Counted from the first letter of the stretch, positions 46,870-57,134 are shown. The stretch is 64,000 bases of DNA from an uncultured Chitinophagaceae bacterium (GCA_963705005.1 CAVPIO010000001.1:317752-381751); one strand, 5' to 3'. The notes: generated by a model from the letters alone, not told the origin. Numbers and translations are program-made.

Positions 46870-47286
46870 ATGGAAGCATCAGTTACCAGGATCATTCAGG
46901 CGGCCGGGGGACTGGTGGAAAACGATCGGGGAGAACTGCTATTTATGTTGAGGCGAAATAAATGGGATCTTCCAAAAGGGAAAACAGAGCCTGGAGAGTT
47001 GCCTCATGAATGTGCTTTGCGGGAAGTAAAAGAAGAAACAGGCATCCAGGAATTAAAGCTTGGATCATTTCTGCTTGTTACAGCGCACCGATACGAAGAG
47101 CAGGGGGTGGAAATATTAAAGGAAACCCATTGGTACCGCATGAAGGCTGCCGGAGATCAGCCCCTGGTTCCCCAACTGGAAGAAGATATCACCGTGCTCA
47201 GGTGGGTTGGGGAAATGCAATTGGAGGAAATGAAACAAAATACCTATTCCAATATACTCGACGTGCTGAAAGCGGGAGGACATTAG
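46870..47286 (+). CDS. NUDIX hydrolase
   Basis: The Nudix box is GKTEPGELPHECALREVKEETGI. Confidence 0.85.
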   Translation: MEASVTRIIQAAGGLVENDRGELLFMLRRNKWDLPKGKTEPGELPHECALREVKEETGIQELKLGSFLLVTAHRYEEQGVEILKETHWYRMKAAGDQPLVPQLEEDITVLRWVGEMQLEEMKQNTYSNILDVLKAGGH

Positions 47287-47723
47287 GCCCCATCCGTTTT
47301 TTTGCGTATGATGTATACTGTTAGCCTGCTTGCACAGATCAGTTTTTCATGCTGATCGATAATTTTAATTTCCCAAACATGAGATGATGCCCCGAGATGA
47401 AGCGGGATTGCCGTCGCCGTAACAAATCCTTCCCGAACGCTGCGCAGGTGATTGGCATTGATTTCCACTCCGACGCAGATGAATTGCTGCGGATCGATTA
47501 CCATGGCAGCTCCCACGCTGCCAACGGTTTCGGCAAGGGTGGCCGATGCGCCACCATGCATTAATCCATATGCCTGTTTTGTACGATGATCCACTGGCAT
47601 CGTTGCCTTCAGATAATTTTCGCCCACTTCTATGAACCTGATGCCTATATAGTCATTCATGGTATCCCTGGCAAATTCATTGAGCATTCCAGGATTCAAT
47701 TCTTTCTTAAACCAGATAGACAT
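47283..47723 (-). CDS. PaaI-family hotdog-fold thioesterase
   Basis: It has the motif GLMHGGASATLAETVGS in a 146-aa ORF. Confidence 0.8.
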   Translation of the reverse strand: MSIWFKKELNPGMLNEFARDTMNDYIGIRFIEVGENYLKATMPVDHRTKQAYGLMHGGASATLAETVGSVGAAMVIDPQQFICVGVEINANHLRSVREGFVTATAIPLHLGASSHVWEIKIIDQHEKLICASRLTVYIIRKKTDGA

Positions 47724-47724
47724 T

Positions 47725-48204
47725 TCAGGTCGTTTTATTTCTTAATGAATCTGCCACCACCTGCGGAAGGAATTGCATGGCGTCACCTCCATTCCTTAGT
47801 ACATCCCGCACAAGCGTTGAGGCCACGGAAGTGTATTGGGGCAGGCAGGTAAGGAATACGGTTTCAATCTGATAATCCAGGCTCCGGTTCATATCTGCAA
47901 TGGCTTTTTCATATTCAAAATCATTTACGTAGCGGATGCCGCGAATGATAAAACGTGCGCCCGCCTGCTGGCAACATTTAATGGTAAGTCCCTCGTATAC
48001 AACAACGTCAACCTGGGGATTGTCCTTATAAATTTCTTTGGTCCATTTTAACCGCTGTTCCTCCGTGAACATAGGCAGTTTATTCGCATTCCGGCCGATA
48101 CCGATCACCACTTTATCGAACAGCGTCAGAGAGCGGTTAATAATATCCAGATGACCAATAGTGATCGGATCAAAAGTGCCGGGAAAGAGCGCGATCCGTT
48201 GCAT
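47725..48204 (-). CDS. coaD: Pantetheine-phosphate adenylyltransferase
   Basis: It has MQRIALFPGTFDPITIGHLD and ISSTLVR-like SVASTLVRD. The start was moved to ATG 48202-48204. Confidence 0.9.
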   Translation of the reverse strand: MQRIALFPGTFDPITIGHLDIINRSLTLFDKVVIGIGRNANKLPMFTEEQRLKWTKEIYKDNPQVDVVVYEGLTIKCCQQAGARFIIRGIRYVNDFEYEKAIADMNRSLDYQIETVFLTCLPQYTSVASTLVRDVLRNGGDAMQFLPQVVADSLRNKTT

Positions 48205-48214
48205 AAATAGAAGA

Positions 48215-49153
48215 TTAAGGATTAAAGATGGGTTGCTTTGCGGCAAGCAGGTATAAGACCGCCATTCTTACCGCAACTCCATTCTCTACCTGCTGGAGAA
48301 TGATGGATTGTTTGCTGTCGGCTACGTCACTATCTAATTCCACTCCCCGGTTAATTGGTCCGGGATGCATAATCACGATCTCCTTCGAGAGGCTGTCCAG
48401 CATTTTCCGGTTAATGCCATAAGCCAGGTTGTATTCTCTTAAAGAAGAAAACAAAACCTGGTTCTGACGCTCAAGCTGTATGCGCAATACATTGGCCACG
48501 TCGCACCATTCGAGTGCTTTCCGCAGATTGTATTCAACGCGTATATCAAAAGCCTCCCTGATATGAACTGGAATCAGGGTGGGTGGCCCGGCGACCATTA
48601 CCTCGGCGCCCATTTTCTTCAACAGATAAATATTGCTCAGGGCCACGCGGGAATGCATGATGTCCCCGATGATCGCACATTTTTTACCCTCCAGTGATCC
48701 GAATTTCTCACGAATGGAAAAAGCATCAAGTAATGCCTGTGTAGGATGTTCGTTGATCCCGTCGCCCGCATTCACAATAGCTGCCGGAATATGCTTAGCC
48801 AGAAAATGAGGCGCACCGCTGGCACTATGCCGCATAACCACCATGTCCACTTTCATGGAAAGGATATTATTGACTGTGTCGAGCAGGGATTCTCCTTTGG
48901 AAACGGAAGAACCGGAAGCTGTGAAATTAATCGTGTCTGCTGAGAGGCGTTTTTCGGCCAGTTCAAAGGAAATGCGGGTGCGGGTGGAATTTTCGTAAAA
49001 TAAATTCACGATTGTCACATCCCGGAGCGTGGGGACTTTCTTGATCGGCCTTTGTAAAACTTCTTTAAACTGGGTGGCGGTATCTAAAATAGTCTGTATG
49101 TCGGAAGCCTGTAAGTCTTTAATGCCAAGAAGATGTTTGGTACTGAGTTGCAT
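48215..49153 (-). CDS. pyrB: Aspartate carbamoyltransferase catalytic subunit
   Basis: Motifs STRTR, MRHSASGAP and HPGPINRG are present in a 312-aa ORF. Confidence 0.95.
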   Translation of the reverse strand: MQLSTKHLLGIKDLQASDIQTILDTATQFKEVLQRPIKKVPTLRDVTIVNLFYENSTRTRISFELAEKRLSADTINFTASGSSVSKGESLLDTVNNILSMKVDMVVMRHSASGAPHFLAKHIPAAIVNAGDGINEHPTQALLDAFSIREKFGSLEGKKCAIIGDIMHSRVALSNIYLLKKMGAEVMVAGPPTLIPVHIREAFDIRVEYNLRKALEWCDVANVLRIQLERQNQVLFSSLREYNLAYGINRKMLDSLSKEIVIMHPGPINRGVELDSDVADSKQSIILQQVENGVAVRMAVLYLLAAKQPIFNP

Positions 49154-49208
49154 TAAAACGCAAAGTTAGATTTTCAAAAGCCAACCACCAAAACAGTTGG
49201 GAATCCAC

Positions 49209-49730
49209 TCACAAAAGAACCACCTCTTCTTTTCCGTCTCTTTCCTTCCATAAAACCTTTACTTTCTGGGTAATGATGGTGTCTATGGATTTTCCTGCAT
49301 AATCCGCCTGGATCGGCACCTCCCTGCTGAACCGCCGGTCAATCAATACACAGAGTTCAACTTTAGCAGGCCGCCCGAAGGCAAGCAGGGCATCCATCGC
49401 TGCGCGAACTGTTCTTCCCGTATATAATACATCATCTACCAGGATGACTGACTTATTTTCAATTGAAAAAGGTATATCCGTTTGATTCAGCGTATGCAGA
49501 CCCTGCCTGACATCATCCCGGTAAAACGTAATATCAAGCTTTCCGTAAGTGATTTTTTTCGGAGAAATCTGCTGATTGATCTGCTTTACGATACGATCCG
49601 AAAAAAAAATTCCCCGCGGCTGAATGCCGACAATTACCAAATCTTCGAATTGCAGTCGGTTCTCCAGCAATTGATGACACAGACGCAAAATGGTAATGTC
49701 AAGCTGTTCTTCTGTGAGGATTGTCTTCAA
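49209..49730 (-). CDS. pyrR: Bifunctional pyrimidine operon regulator / uracil phosphoribosyltransferase PyrR
   Basis: It has the PRT motif VILVDDVLYTGRTVRAA in a 173-aa ORF upstream of pyrB. Confidence 0.9.
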   Translation of the reverse strand: MKTILTEEQLDITILRLCHQLLENRLQFEDLVIVGIQPRGIFFSDRIVKQINQQISPKKITYGKLDITFYRDDVRQGLHTLNQTDIPFSIENKSVILVDDVLYTGRTVRAAMDALLAFGRPAKVELCVLIDRRFSREVPIQADYAGKSIDTIITQKVKVLWKERDGKEEVVLL

Positions 49731-49764
49731 ACCCGGTATTTTTTATAAAAATAGGCAATGGATT

Positions 49765-51396
49765 TCATGCTTCCGCTAAAAAAGGATAGTCATGACTTGT
49801 GGGTGGTTGATATGTTTCCTTGATGGTTCTAGCGCTTATCCATCGGTACAGGTTCAGGATGGAACCTGCTTTATCGTTGGTGCCACTTGCTCTTGCTCCG
49901 CCAAATGGTTGCTGACCGACTACAGCACCCGTGGGCTTATCATTAATATAAAAATTCCCTGCAGCCTGTCTGAGTTTTTCAGTGGCTTCTTCTATGGCTT
50001 TCCTGTTTCGCGATATAATGGAGCCGGTAAGTGCGTAAGGAGAAGTGCGGTTTACAAGATCCATTGTTTGTTCGAATTCGTGCTCATCATAAACGTAAAT
50101 GGTGAGCACAGGTCCGAAAATCTCCTCTTTCATGCTGATATATTCGGGATCGGTCGTTTCAATGATGGTGGGATCAATGAAATAGCCGATCGACTTGTCA
50201 GTGTTTCCACCAGCAAGGATGCGTGCATTTGGATCTGATGAAGCCCGGTCAATATAAGATTTGATCTTTTCAAAACTTTTTTCATCGATCACCGCATTTA
50301 CAAAATTCCTGAAATCTTCGACTGAACCTGTTTTCAACGATTTAACTGCGGTTATTAATTTTTCACGCATAAGCGGCGCCAGGTTCGAAGGAATATATGC
50401 CCGGGAGGCCGCTGAACATTTTTGGCCCTGGAATTCAAAGGAACCCCGGACGAGTGCAGTGACGCACACGTCCACATCAGCATCTGGATGAATGAGCACA
50501 AAATCCTTTCCACCCGTTTCTCCGACAATGCGGGGATATGACCTGTATTTCCCAATGTTTTCCCCAATGGTTTTCCAGATCGAATTAAACACAGCGTTCG
50601 ATCCAGTGAAATGTATGCCGGCAAAATCCGGGTGACTGAAACAAATCCTGCCCAGGTCGGCTCCCGCCGGATAGATCAGGTTGATTACTCCGTCTGGCAA
50701 CCCGGCTTCCAGCAATATTTTCATAAACAAATTTGCACTGTACACCTGGGTATCCGCCGGCTTCCATACCACCACATTTCCGCAAAGTGCAGCTGAAGTA
50801 GGCAGATTCCCAGCTATCGCAGTAAAGTTAAAAGGGGTGATGGCCAACACAAATCCTTCGAGAGGGCGGTACTCAAGGCGATTATGAACACCCGCGGGGC
50901 TGATGGGTTGCTGCCTGTATATTTCGCTAAGGTAATGCGTGTTAAATCTCATAAAATCAATGAGTTCGCAAACGCCATCAATTTCTGCCTGGTGAATATT
51001 TTTGCTTTGACCGAGCATGGACGCGGCATTCATGTAATAGCGGTATTTCCCAGCCAGCAGATCGGCTGCTTTCAGAAAAATCGCAGCACGGTTTTCCCAG
51101 TTCATCTTTTCCCAGGAAGGCTTGGCGGAAAGTGCTGCATGGATAGCAAGGTTTATGTGCTCTTCCGAACTCCGGTGAAAATGACCCAGCGTATGAGAGA
51201 GTTCATGTGGCGGGCGCATTTTTATTTTATTTCCGGAGCGGACTTCCTTTCCACCGATGATCATTGGTATATCCTGTTCCTTTTCTTTTAATTCCCGGAC
51301 GGTTTTCTTCAGGGCATTTTTTTCCGTTGAACCGGGCGCATAGTTTAATACCGGCTCGTTGGCAGGGAGCGCATAATGAAAATAGCCAAGATTCAT
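49765..51396 (-). CDS. pruA: L-glutamate gamma-semialdehyde (1-pyrroline-5-carboxylate) dehydrogenase
   Basis: This is a 543-aa aldehyde dehydrogenase with GETGGKD and FEFQGQKCSA (catalytic Cys). It has the PruA-type N-terminus. Confidence 0.85.
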   Translation of the reverse strand: MNLGYFHYALPANEPVLNYAPGSTEKNALKKTVRELKEKEQDIPMIIGGKEVRSGNKIKMRPPHELSHTLGHFHRSSEEHINLAIHAALSAKPSWEKMNWENRAAIFLKAADLLAGKYRYYMNAASMLGQSKNIHQAEIDGVCELIDFMRFNTHYLSEIYRQQPISPAGVHNRLEYRPLEGFVLAITPFNFTAIAGNLPTSAALCGNVVVWKPADTQVYSANLFMKILLEAGLPDGVINLIYPAGADLGRICFSHPDFAGIHFTGSNAVFNSIWKTIGENIGKYRSYPRIVGETGGKDFVLIHPDADVDVCVTALVRGSFEFQGQKCSAASRAYIPSNLAPLMREKLITAVKSLKTGSVEDFRNFVNAVIDEKSFEKIKSYIDRASSDPNARILAGGNTDKSIGYFIDPTIIETTDPEYISMKEEIFGPVLTIYVYDEHEFEQTMDLVNRTSPYALTGSIISRNRKAIEEATEKLRQAAGNFYINDKPTGAVVGQQPFGGARASGTNDKAGSILNLYRWISARTIKETYQPPTSHDYPFLAEA

Positions 51397-51423
51397 ATTC
51401 TGTTCGTTAAGTGGTTTGGCATC

Positions 51424-52517
51424 CTAGTTTGCAATTTCTTTTTCCGTCATCAGATAAGCTTTAATGAATCCATCCAATTCTCCATCCATTACCGGCTGGA
51501 TATTGCCTACTTCATAATCGGTGCGATGGTCCTTGATCATCTTATAAGGATGAAAAACATAAGAACGGATCTGTGACCCCCACTCAATTTTTTTCTTACT
51601 CGCGTTGTTTGCATTCTTAATGGCTTCCCTCTTACGAATCTCTTCTTCATATAACCTGCTTTTCAGCATGGCCATGGCCTTCTCACGGTTTTCTCCCTGC
51701 GTGCGCGCCTGCTGGCATTCCACAACGATGCCGCTGGGCTTATGCGTAAGCCTGACGGCTGTTTCCACTTTATTTACATTTTGTCCGCCTGCGCCACCGC
51801 TTCTGAAAAATGCCCATTCCACGTCTGCGGGACTGACTTCAATTTCAATACTATCATCTATCAAGGGATATACATAAACCTGAAGCGAAAGAAGTATGTC
51901 TTCTTGCGTTACTGTCAAACGGAGAAATCCTGACCAGGCGATGCACGCCACTTTCCGCTTTCAGAAAACCATATGCAAAGGGACCATCAAATTGGAGAGT
52001 AGCACTTTTTATGCCGGCTCCCTCACCATCCTGGTAATCGAGTTCAGAGACTGTCCATCCTTGTTTTTCACCATACATGCGGTACATGCGCATCAGCATT
52101 TCGGCCCAGTCCTGGCTTTCCGTTCCACCTGCTCCCGAATTGATTTGCAATACTGCCGGCAACTCATCTTCGGGTTGATTGAGCGTGCTCTTAAATTCTG
52201 CCTCGTCAATCTTTTCCAGGGCTTTATCGTAAGCTGCTTTTGTTTCCTCTTCGGTGGCTTCGCCTCCTTTCCAGAAATCAAGTAGTACGGCAAAATCTTC
52301 AACTGCCATTTCAACGGCTTCAAATAGTTTTACCCAGTACTCATTGACCTTAATGTTTTTGAGAATACCCGTAGCCCTTTCGTTATTATTCCAGAATCCG
52401 GGGCTGATAGTCAGTTGTTTTTCTTCTTCGATTTTGATCTGCCGGTTATCGACGTCAAAGAAACCTCCTCAGTCCGCTCAGCCGGGACCTCATATCGTTT
52501 AGTTTTTCCTGTGTCAT
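51424..52517 (-). CDS. prfB: Peptide chain release factor 2, with a programmed +1 frameshift at codon 21 and one additional unexpected frameshift near 51879-51880
   Basis: ORF0 is [23 protein letters not shown] (52517-52455). Reading resumes +1 as [15 protein letters not shown]... into ORF 51854-52309 (SPF motif RISPFDS), then ORF 51424-51951 (GGQ motif [11 protein letters not shown]). 1094 nt minus 2 is 1092 nt, or 364 codons. Confidence 0.9.
52454..52469 (-). promoter_or_regulatory. prfB: prfB programmed +1 ribosomal frameshift site
   Basis: The minus-strand sequence is AGGAGG TTT CTT TGA C. It has the same architecture as the E. coli prfB site: an SD-like element, a 3-nt spacer, the CTT slippery codon and a TGA-C stop. 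Confidence 0.85.
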
Positions 52518-52562
52518 AGAGGCGCAAAGGTAAAGATTCGTTTTGAAATACCCTGAGTAAAA

Positions 52563-52651
52563 GGTTGATGGTTGATAGTTGATAGTTGATGGGCATTATG
52601 TGCGGATTCGCACCTGATATCCATCAACCATCAACTATCAACCATCAACCC
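52563..52651. repeat. Heptamer-arm inverted repeat, GTTGATR family, copy 3
   Basis: 52563-52592 (G GTTGATG GTTGATA GTTGATA GTTGATG G) pairs with 52621-52650 (C CATCAAC CATCAAC TATCAAC CATCAAC C) over 30 bp with one mismatch. The 28-nt loop contains a nested hairpin GTGCG-GATT-CGCAC (52600-52613). Confidence 0.9.
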
Positions 52652-52652
52652 T

Positions 52653-52895
52653 TTAAATGCTGTTCCTCTTTTCCGTCTTGTCCGTCTGCGATCTAAACCA
52701 CCTTGTAAGCTGGTCCCTGGTCTGGCCAGTTTTTCTCTGGAGCCGGCCAAACAACTCTTCTTCATTTCCCTCTTCATATTTCAGATCGTCGTCTGTCAGA
52801 TCAGCGAATGATTTTTTTAGTTTCCCCTTCAGGATATTCCAGTTCCCTCTTAATTCCAGATTGTCCATAAAATTGATTTTCCCTATTGATTCCAA
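52653..52895 (-). CDS. CsbD family stress-response protein
   Basis: It has the CsbD pattern [46 protein letters not shown]. The true start may be the internal MDNLELRG. Confidence 0.8.
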   Translation of the reverse strand: MESIGKINFMDNLELRGNWNILKGKLKKSFADLTDDDLKYEEGNEEELFGRLQRKTGQTRDQLTRWFRSQTDKTEKRNSI

Positions 52896-53000
52896 TCATC
52901 ATGCCACCGGAATTTTCTCCTCGCCTAAACACTTATTAACTTCTGATTATCTTTATTGAGGAATTTCAGCCCCTTATTCATCATCCTTAAATTTTTCCCC

Positions 53001-54017
53001 TTGATAGATTTGCGGTCCGATACGGTTACCCGGCCGACCCCCGGCATGATGCAGGCCATGATGGAAGCATCTGTCGGTGACGATGTGTTCAGAGAAGATC
53101 CTACAGTTAACGAACTTGAAAAAAAAGCTCAGGAGCTTTTTGGCATGGAAGCGGGTCTGTATTGTTCCAGCGGCACTATGAGCAATCAGATTGCCATTAA
53201 ATGCCATACCCAGCCAGGGGATGAGGTGATCTGCGAGCGTGAAGCCCATGTATATATTTATGAAGGTGGTGGCATAGCTTTTAATTCAGGATCCCAGGTG
53301 CGTGCAATTGCTGGTGACCGCGGCCGCATCAGTGCGCAGCAGGTATCTACCGCCGTCAATCCGGATGACGTGCATAAAGCACGAACATCTCTGGTTTGCC
53401 TGGAGAATACTTCGAACAGGGGTGGCGGAAGTTGCTATGATTTCGAAGAAATAAAAAAGATACGCAAGGTCTGCGACGAAAAAAACCTGATGCTTCACCT
53501 GGATGGTGCCCGACTGTTCAATGCGCTGGTTGCAAGGAAAGAAACACCGGGGATGTATGGCAAATTATTCAACAGTATCTCCGTTTGTTTTAATAAAGGA
53601 TTAGGCTGTCCCGCTGGCAGCATGCTGCTGGGAACAACATCCTTTATTCGCAAAGCCAGACGCATACGCAAACTATTTGGGGGGGGTATGCGTCAAACGG
53701 GCTTTCTTGCGGCAACAGCATTGTACGCACTCGAACACCATGTAGAAAGGCTTGGCCTGGACCATGCCCATGCAAAACAGATCGAGGAAACCCTCGGAGC
53801 AAACCCTAAAGTGAGTACGATATTGCCCGTCGAAACCAACCTGGTAATTTTCGGTTTGATACCCGGAGAAGATCCGAAAAAATTTGTAGACAAGATGAAG
53901 GCGGCAGGCATCCTCCTCCTTCCCATTTCAGAAACCAGTCTGCGTATGGTAACCCATTTGAATGTGGATGCATCGATGGTGGACAAGGTTTGTACCGTTT
54001 TGAAGGAAATCAGATAA
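53001..54017 (+). CDS. ltaE: Low-specificity L-threonine aldolase
   Basis: The start was moved to TTG 53001, which gives the canonical N-terminus (M)[12 protein letters not shown]. The region around the presumed PLP-binding lysine ([11 protein letters not shown]) is present. Confidence 0.85.
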   Translation: MIDLRSDTVTRPTPGMMQAMMEASVGDDVFREDPTVNELEKKAQELFGMEAGLYCSSGTMSNQIAIKCHTQPGDEVICEREAHVYIYEGGGIAFNSGSQVRAIAGDRGRISAQQVSTAVNPDDVHKARTSLVCLENTSNRGGGSCYDFEEIKKIRKVCDEKNLMLHLDGARLFNALVARKETPGMYGKLFNSISVCFNKGLGCPAGSMLLGTTSFIRKARRIRKLFGGGMRQTGFLAATALYALEHHVERLGLDHAHAKQIEETLGANPKVSTILPVETNLVIFGLIPGEDPKKFVDKMKAAGILLLPISETSLRMVTHLNVDASMVDKVCTVLKEIR

Positions 54018-54228
54018 CAAACCACTTTCCCTGCTCGTCCTTGGAATAAGAAAGGCCATTGCTCATAATATGAATTTCTCTTCCGGTCTCCAAATCCCTT
54101 GCCATTTTCTTTTCATAAACCCTGATCCCGTTGTTTTCCCGCGTAAGATAAAAAATCAGGGCGGTGATGGAAGGGGGCAGCTCGTGCAACAATTGTTCTT
54201 CATTTTCTTTAACAAAAGCCTGGCTCAT
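54010..54228 (-). CDS. Hypothetical protein (72 aa)
   Basis: This is an intact ATG ORF ([28 protein letters not shown]...). Its 3' end overlaps the ltaE 3' end by 8 nt in convergent orientation. Confidence 0.45.
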   Translation of the reverse strand: MSQAFVKENEEQLLHELPPSITALIFYLTRENNGIRVYEKKMARDLETGREIHIMSNGLSYSKDEQGKWFVI

Positions 54229-54297
54229 AAAAATGTTTTTGATTCCAGTATAAAAATCATACCGCGACTATCTTGCAATTAACCAGATTAGGATCTG

Positions 54298-54305
54298 TAC
54301 TTTTG
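54298..54305 (+). promoter_or_regulatory. Candidate -7 promoter box TACTTTTG upstream of pgi
   Basis: It matches TAnnTTTG 28 nt upstream of ATG 54334. Confidence 0.4.
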
Positions 54306-54333
54306 CAATGGATTTAACAACCCAAACGTGAAT

Positions 54334-55962
54334 ATGTTTCCCAATATTTCTCCCGTTCAAACGGCAAGCTGGAAAAAGCTCCAGGAACATCAGCAGGTGA
54401 TGAAGGGCGTTCAGATGAAGAACCTTTTTCGAAGCGATCCGCACCGCTTTGACCATTTTTCCCTTGATTTGAATGATATCCTTTTCGACTATTCCAAGAA
54501 CCTGATCAGTGCTGAAACGCTTTCAATTCTAATGGAACTTGCCAGGGAATGCGGACTTTCGGATGCAATCCGGGCCATGTTTTCCGGAGAAAAAATTAAC
54601 CGCACGGAAGACCGGAGCGTGCTGCATACTGCACTCCGGAATCTTTCCGGGGAGCCCGTTTATTCCGATGGACAGGATGTTATGCCCGAAGTGCTGGAAG
54701 TATTGGCCCAAATGAAATCATTCAGCGAGAAAATCCATTCCGGTGAATGGAAGGGTTATAGCGGAAAACCCATTCGTAATATTGTAAATATCGGAATCGG
54801 AGGCAGTGATCTGGGTCCGGTTATGGTTACGGGTGCCTTGCAATCTTATTGGATACAGGGCATGCAGGCTTATTTTGTTTCTAATGTAGATGCTACCCAG
54901 CTGGTGGAAACGCTGAAAAAAATAAATCCGGAAGAAACGCTATTCCTGATTGCTTCCAAAACATTCACGACGCAGGAAACCATGACCAATGCCTACAGTG
55001 CGAGGGAATGGTTATTGTCTTTTGCCGGCGATGAATCCCATATTGCCAGGCATTTTGTGGCCTTATCTACCAATGAAAAGGAGGTTGTGAAGTTTGGAAT
55101 AGACCGTTCCAGCATGTTTGTTTTTTGGGATTGGGTAGGAGGCCGGTATTCCCTTTGGAGTGCAATCGGACTTTCCATCGTACTGATGGTTGGGTATCCG
55201 CGATTTGAGGAATTGTTATATGGCGCGCATAACGCGGATCAGCATTTTAGAAATACAGAATTTGAAAAAAATATTCCGGTAGTCATGGCCCTTATCGGGA
55301 TCTGGTACCGCAATTTTTTCGGTTCTCAGACCGAAGCCATTCTTCCTTATGATCAATATATGAGCCGGTTTGCAGCTTATTTCCAGCAGGGAAACATGGA
55401 GAGCAATGGAAAAAGCGTTGACCGGACCGGTGCGCCCGTTACCTATTCTACCGGTCCGGTTGTTTGGGGCGAGCCGGGAACAAATGGTCAGCATGCTTTT
55501 TATCAGCTGATCCACCAGGGCACGGTTTTGATCCCCTGCGATTTTATCGCGCCGGTAATCAGCCATAATCCATTAGGAGACCATCACGAAAAATTATTGT
55601 CGAATTTTTTTGCACAGACAGAAGCGTTGATGAATGGACGAACGCCTGAGGAACTAATGCAGGCGAAGGTGAAACCGGAATTGATCCCTTTTAAATTCTT
55701 CAGTGGAAACCGGCCCACCAACTCCTTTTTGATCCGTGAAATTAACCCTTTTAATCTGGGGCAACTCATTGCCCTCTACGAGCATAAGATCTTTGTTCAG
55801 GGCGTGATCTGGAATATTTACTCATTTGATCAATGGGGTGTGGAATTGGGCAAAGAACTGGCTGGGAAAATTCTCCCCGAATTGAAAATGGCATCAGACA
55901 CCGATACGCATGATTCCTCCACTAACGGGTTGATAAACTGGTATAAGAAAATAAGGTTTTAA
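54334..55962 (+). CDS. pgi: Glucose-6-phosphate isomerase
   Basis: Motifs [19 protein letters not shown] and [18 protein letters not shown] are present. The start was moved to the first ATG; the ORF-track start is a GTG 2 codons upstream. Confidence 0.95.
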   Translation: MFPNISPVQTASWKKLQEHQQVMKGVQMKNLFRSDPHRFDHFSLDLNDILFDYSKNLISAETLSILMELARECGLSDAIRAMFSGEKINRTEDRSVLHTALRNLSGEPVYSDGQDVMPEVLEVLAQMKSFSEKIHSGEWKGYSGKPIRNIVNIGIGGSDLGPVMVTGALQSYWIQGMQAYFVSNVDATQLVETLKKINPEETLFLIASKTFTTQETMTNAYSAREWLLSFAGDESHIARHFVALSTNEKEVVKFGIDRSSMFVFWDWVGGRYSLWSAIGLSIVLMVGYPRFEELLYGAHNADQHFRNTEFEKNIPVVMALIGIWYRNFFGSQTEAILPYDQYMSRFAAYFQQGNMESNGKSVDRTGAPVTYSTGPVVWGEPGTNGQHAFYQLIHQGTVLIPCDFIAPVISHNPLGDHHEKLLSNFFAQTEALMNGRTPEELMQAKVKPELIPFKFFSGNRPTNSFLIREINPFNLGQLIALYEHKIFVQGVIWNIYSFDQWGVELGKELAGKILPELKMASDTDTHDSSTNGLINWYKKIRF

Positions 55963-55964
55963 CA

Positions 55965-56010
55965 AGTTGAACTAAAATAAAGAACCCCATATCCCGTTTA
56001 GTTTTCAACT
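55965..56010 (+). terminator. Possible intrinsic terminator hairpin downstream of pgi
   Basis: AGTTGAACTAAA (55965-55976) pairs with TTTAGTTTTCAACT (55997-56010), giving 7 + 5 bp with a 2-nt bulge. A moderately T-rich tract follows. Confidence 0.3.
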
Positions 56011-56044
56011 ATTTCCGTTTACTTTAAGCCTAATCACCTGTTCT

Positions 56045-57127
56045 ATGCAAATCCTCCAGAAAACAACTGAAAGGCTCCGAATTATTAAAAAAAATCAATA
56101 CCGGCTGTTTTTTGTGATCATTCTGGGGGCTGCTGCCTCATTCTATATATATAATTTATCCGGTGCAAACGGCCCCTTTCATAAGGCTTCTGCCTCCGCC
56201 TTGGCGGATACAGTTATTAATAAGGATACTGCCCTTGCCATTCCTATACTCGATACAGCAGATTACGTTCGCCGGATGAAGCTGCTGAGCAATGGTGACT
56301 CCTCTGGCAGGTGGCCGGTTAAAAGGGCATATCCTGAGCCCGGCGCAATCCTACCTTTTAAGAGAATTGTTGCCTATTACGGAAATCTCTATTCCAAAAA
56401 AATGGGCGTGTTGGGAGAATACCCTACAAATGAGATGCTGGCAAAACTGGGAGCCGAAGTCAAAAAATGGGAAGCGGCTGATTCCACAACACCTGTTCAA
56501 CCGGCCCTTCACTATATTGCCGCAACCGCCCAGGGATATCCCGGGAAAGGAAATAAGTACCGTCTCCGCATGCCAGCAAAACAAATCGATTCTGTCATTA
56601 GGATGGCTGCACGTATTCACGGGTTGGTATTCCTTGATATTCAGGTAGGATTAAGTACTGTTGAGGATGAAGTGCCGATGCTTGAACCTTTTCTTAAATT
56701 GCCCCAGGTGCATCTGGGAATAGACCCCGAATTTTCCATGAAGACCGGAAAAAAACCGGGTACGGTCATCGGTACCATGGACGCTGCTGATGTCAATTTT
56801 GTCATTAAATACCTTTCCGACCTCGTAAAAGCCAATCATTTGCCGCCGAAGATCCTGGTGGTGCATCGCTTCACCCAGGCCATGGTAACCAATTACCGCA
56901 AAATTCAGCCCGTCCCGCAGGTCCAGGTGGTCATGGACATGGACGGTTGGGGAGGCCAGTCGAAAAAACTCACGACATACCGCGAATATATTTATAAAGA
57001 ACCTGTTGAATTCAGCGGCTTCAAATTATTTTATAAGAATGATTTCAAAGAAGCCAATAGCCGTATGCTCACGCCGGCAGAAGTGCTCAAACTAAAACCA
57101 AGACCGGTTTACATTCAATATCAATAA
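56045..57127 (+). CDS. Membrane-anchored hypothetical protein (360 aa), no family recognised
   Basis: It has an N-terminal TM helix (YRLFFVIILGAAASFYIYNL) followed by a soluble domain of about 320 aa. No motif is confidently assignable. Confidence 0.55.
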   Translation: MQILQKTTERLRIIKKNQYRLFFVIILGAAASFYIYNLSGANGPFHKASASALADTVINKDTALAIPILDTADYVRRMKLLSNGDSSGRWPVKRAYPEPGAILPFKRIVAYYGNLYSKKMGVLGEYPTNEMLAKLGAEVKKWEAADSTTPVQPALHYIAATAQGYPGKGNKYRLRMPAKQIDSVIRMAARIHGLVFLDIQVGLSTVEDEVPMLEPFLKLPQVHLGIDPEFSMKTGKKPGTVIGTMDAADVNFVIKYLSDLVKANHLPPKILVVHRFTQAMVTNYRKIQPVPQVQVVMDMDGWGGQSKKLTTYREYIYKEPVEFSGFKLFYKNDFKEANSRMLTPAEVLKLKPRPVYIQYQ

Positions 57128-57134
57128 CCGGCTG

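Noticed and set aside
46797-46895. N-terminal extension of pyrE that overlaps the NUDIX gene start
   Set aside because: The canonical PyrE N-terminus begins at the internal ATG (46796). The extension would overlap the divergent NUDIX gene and its candidate promoter.
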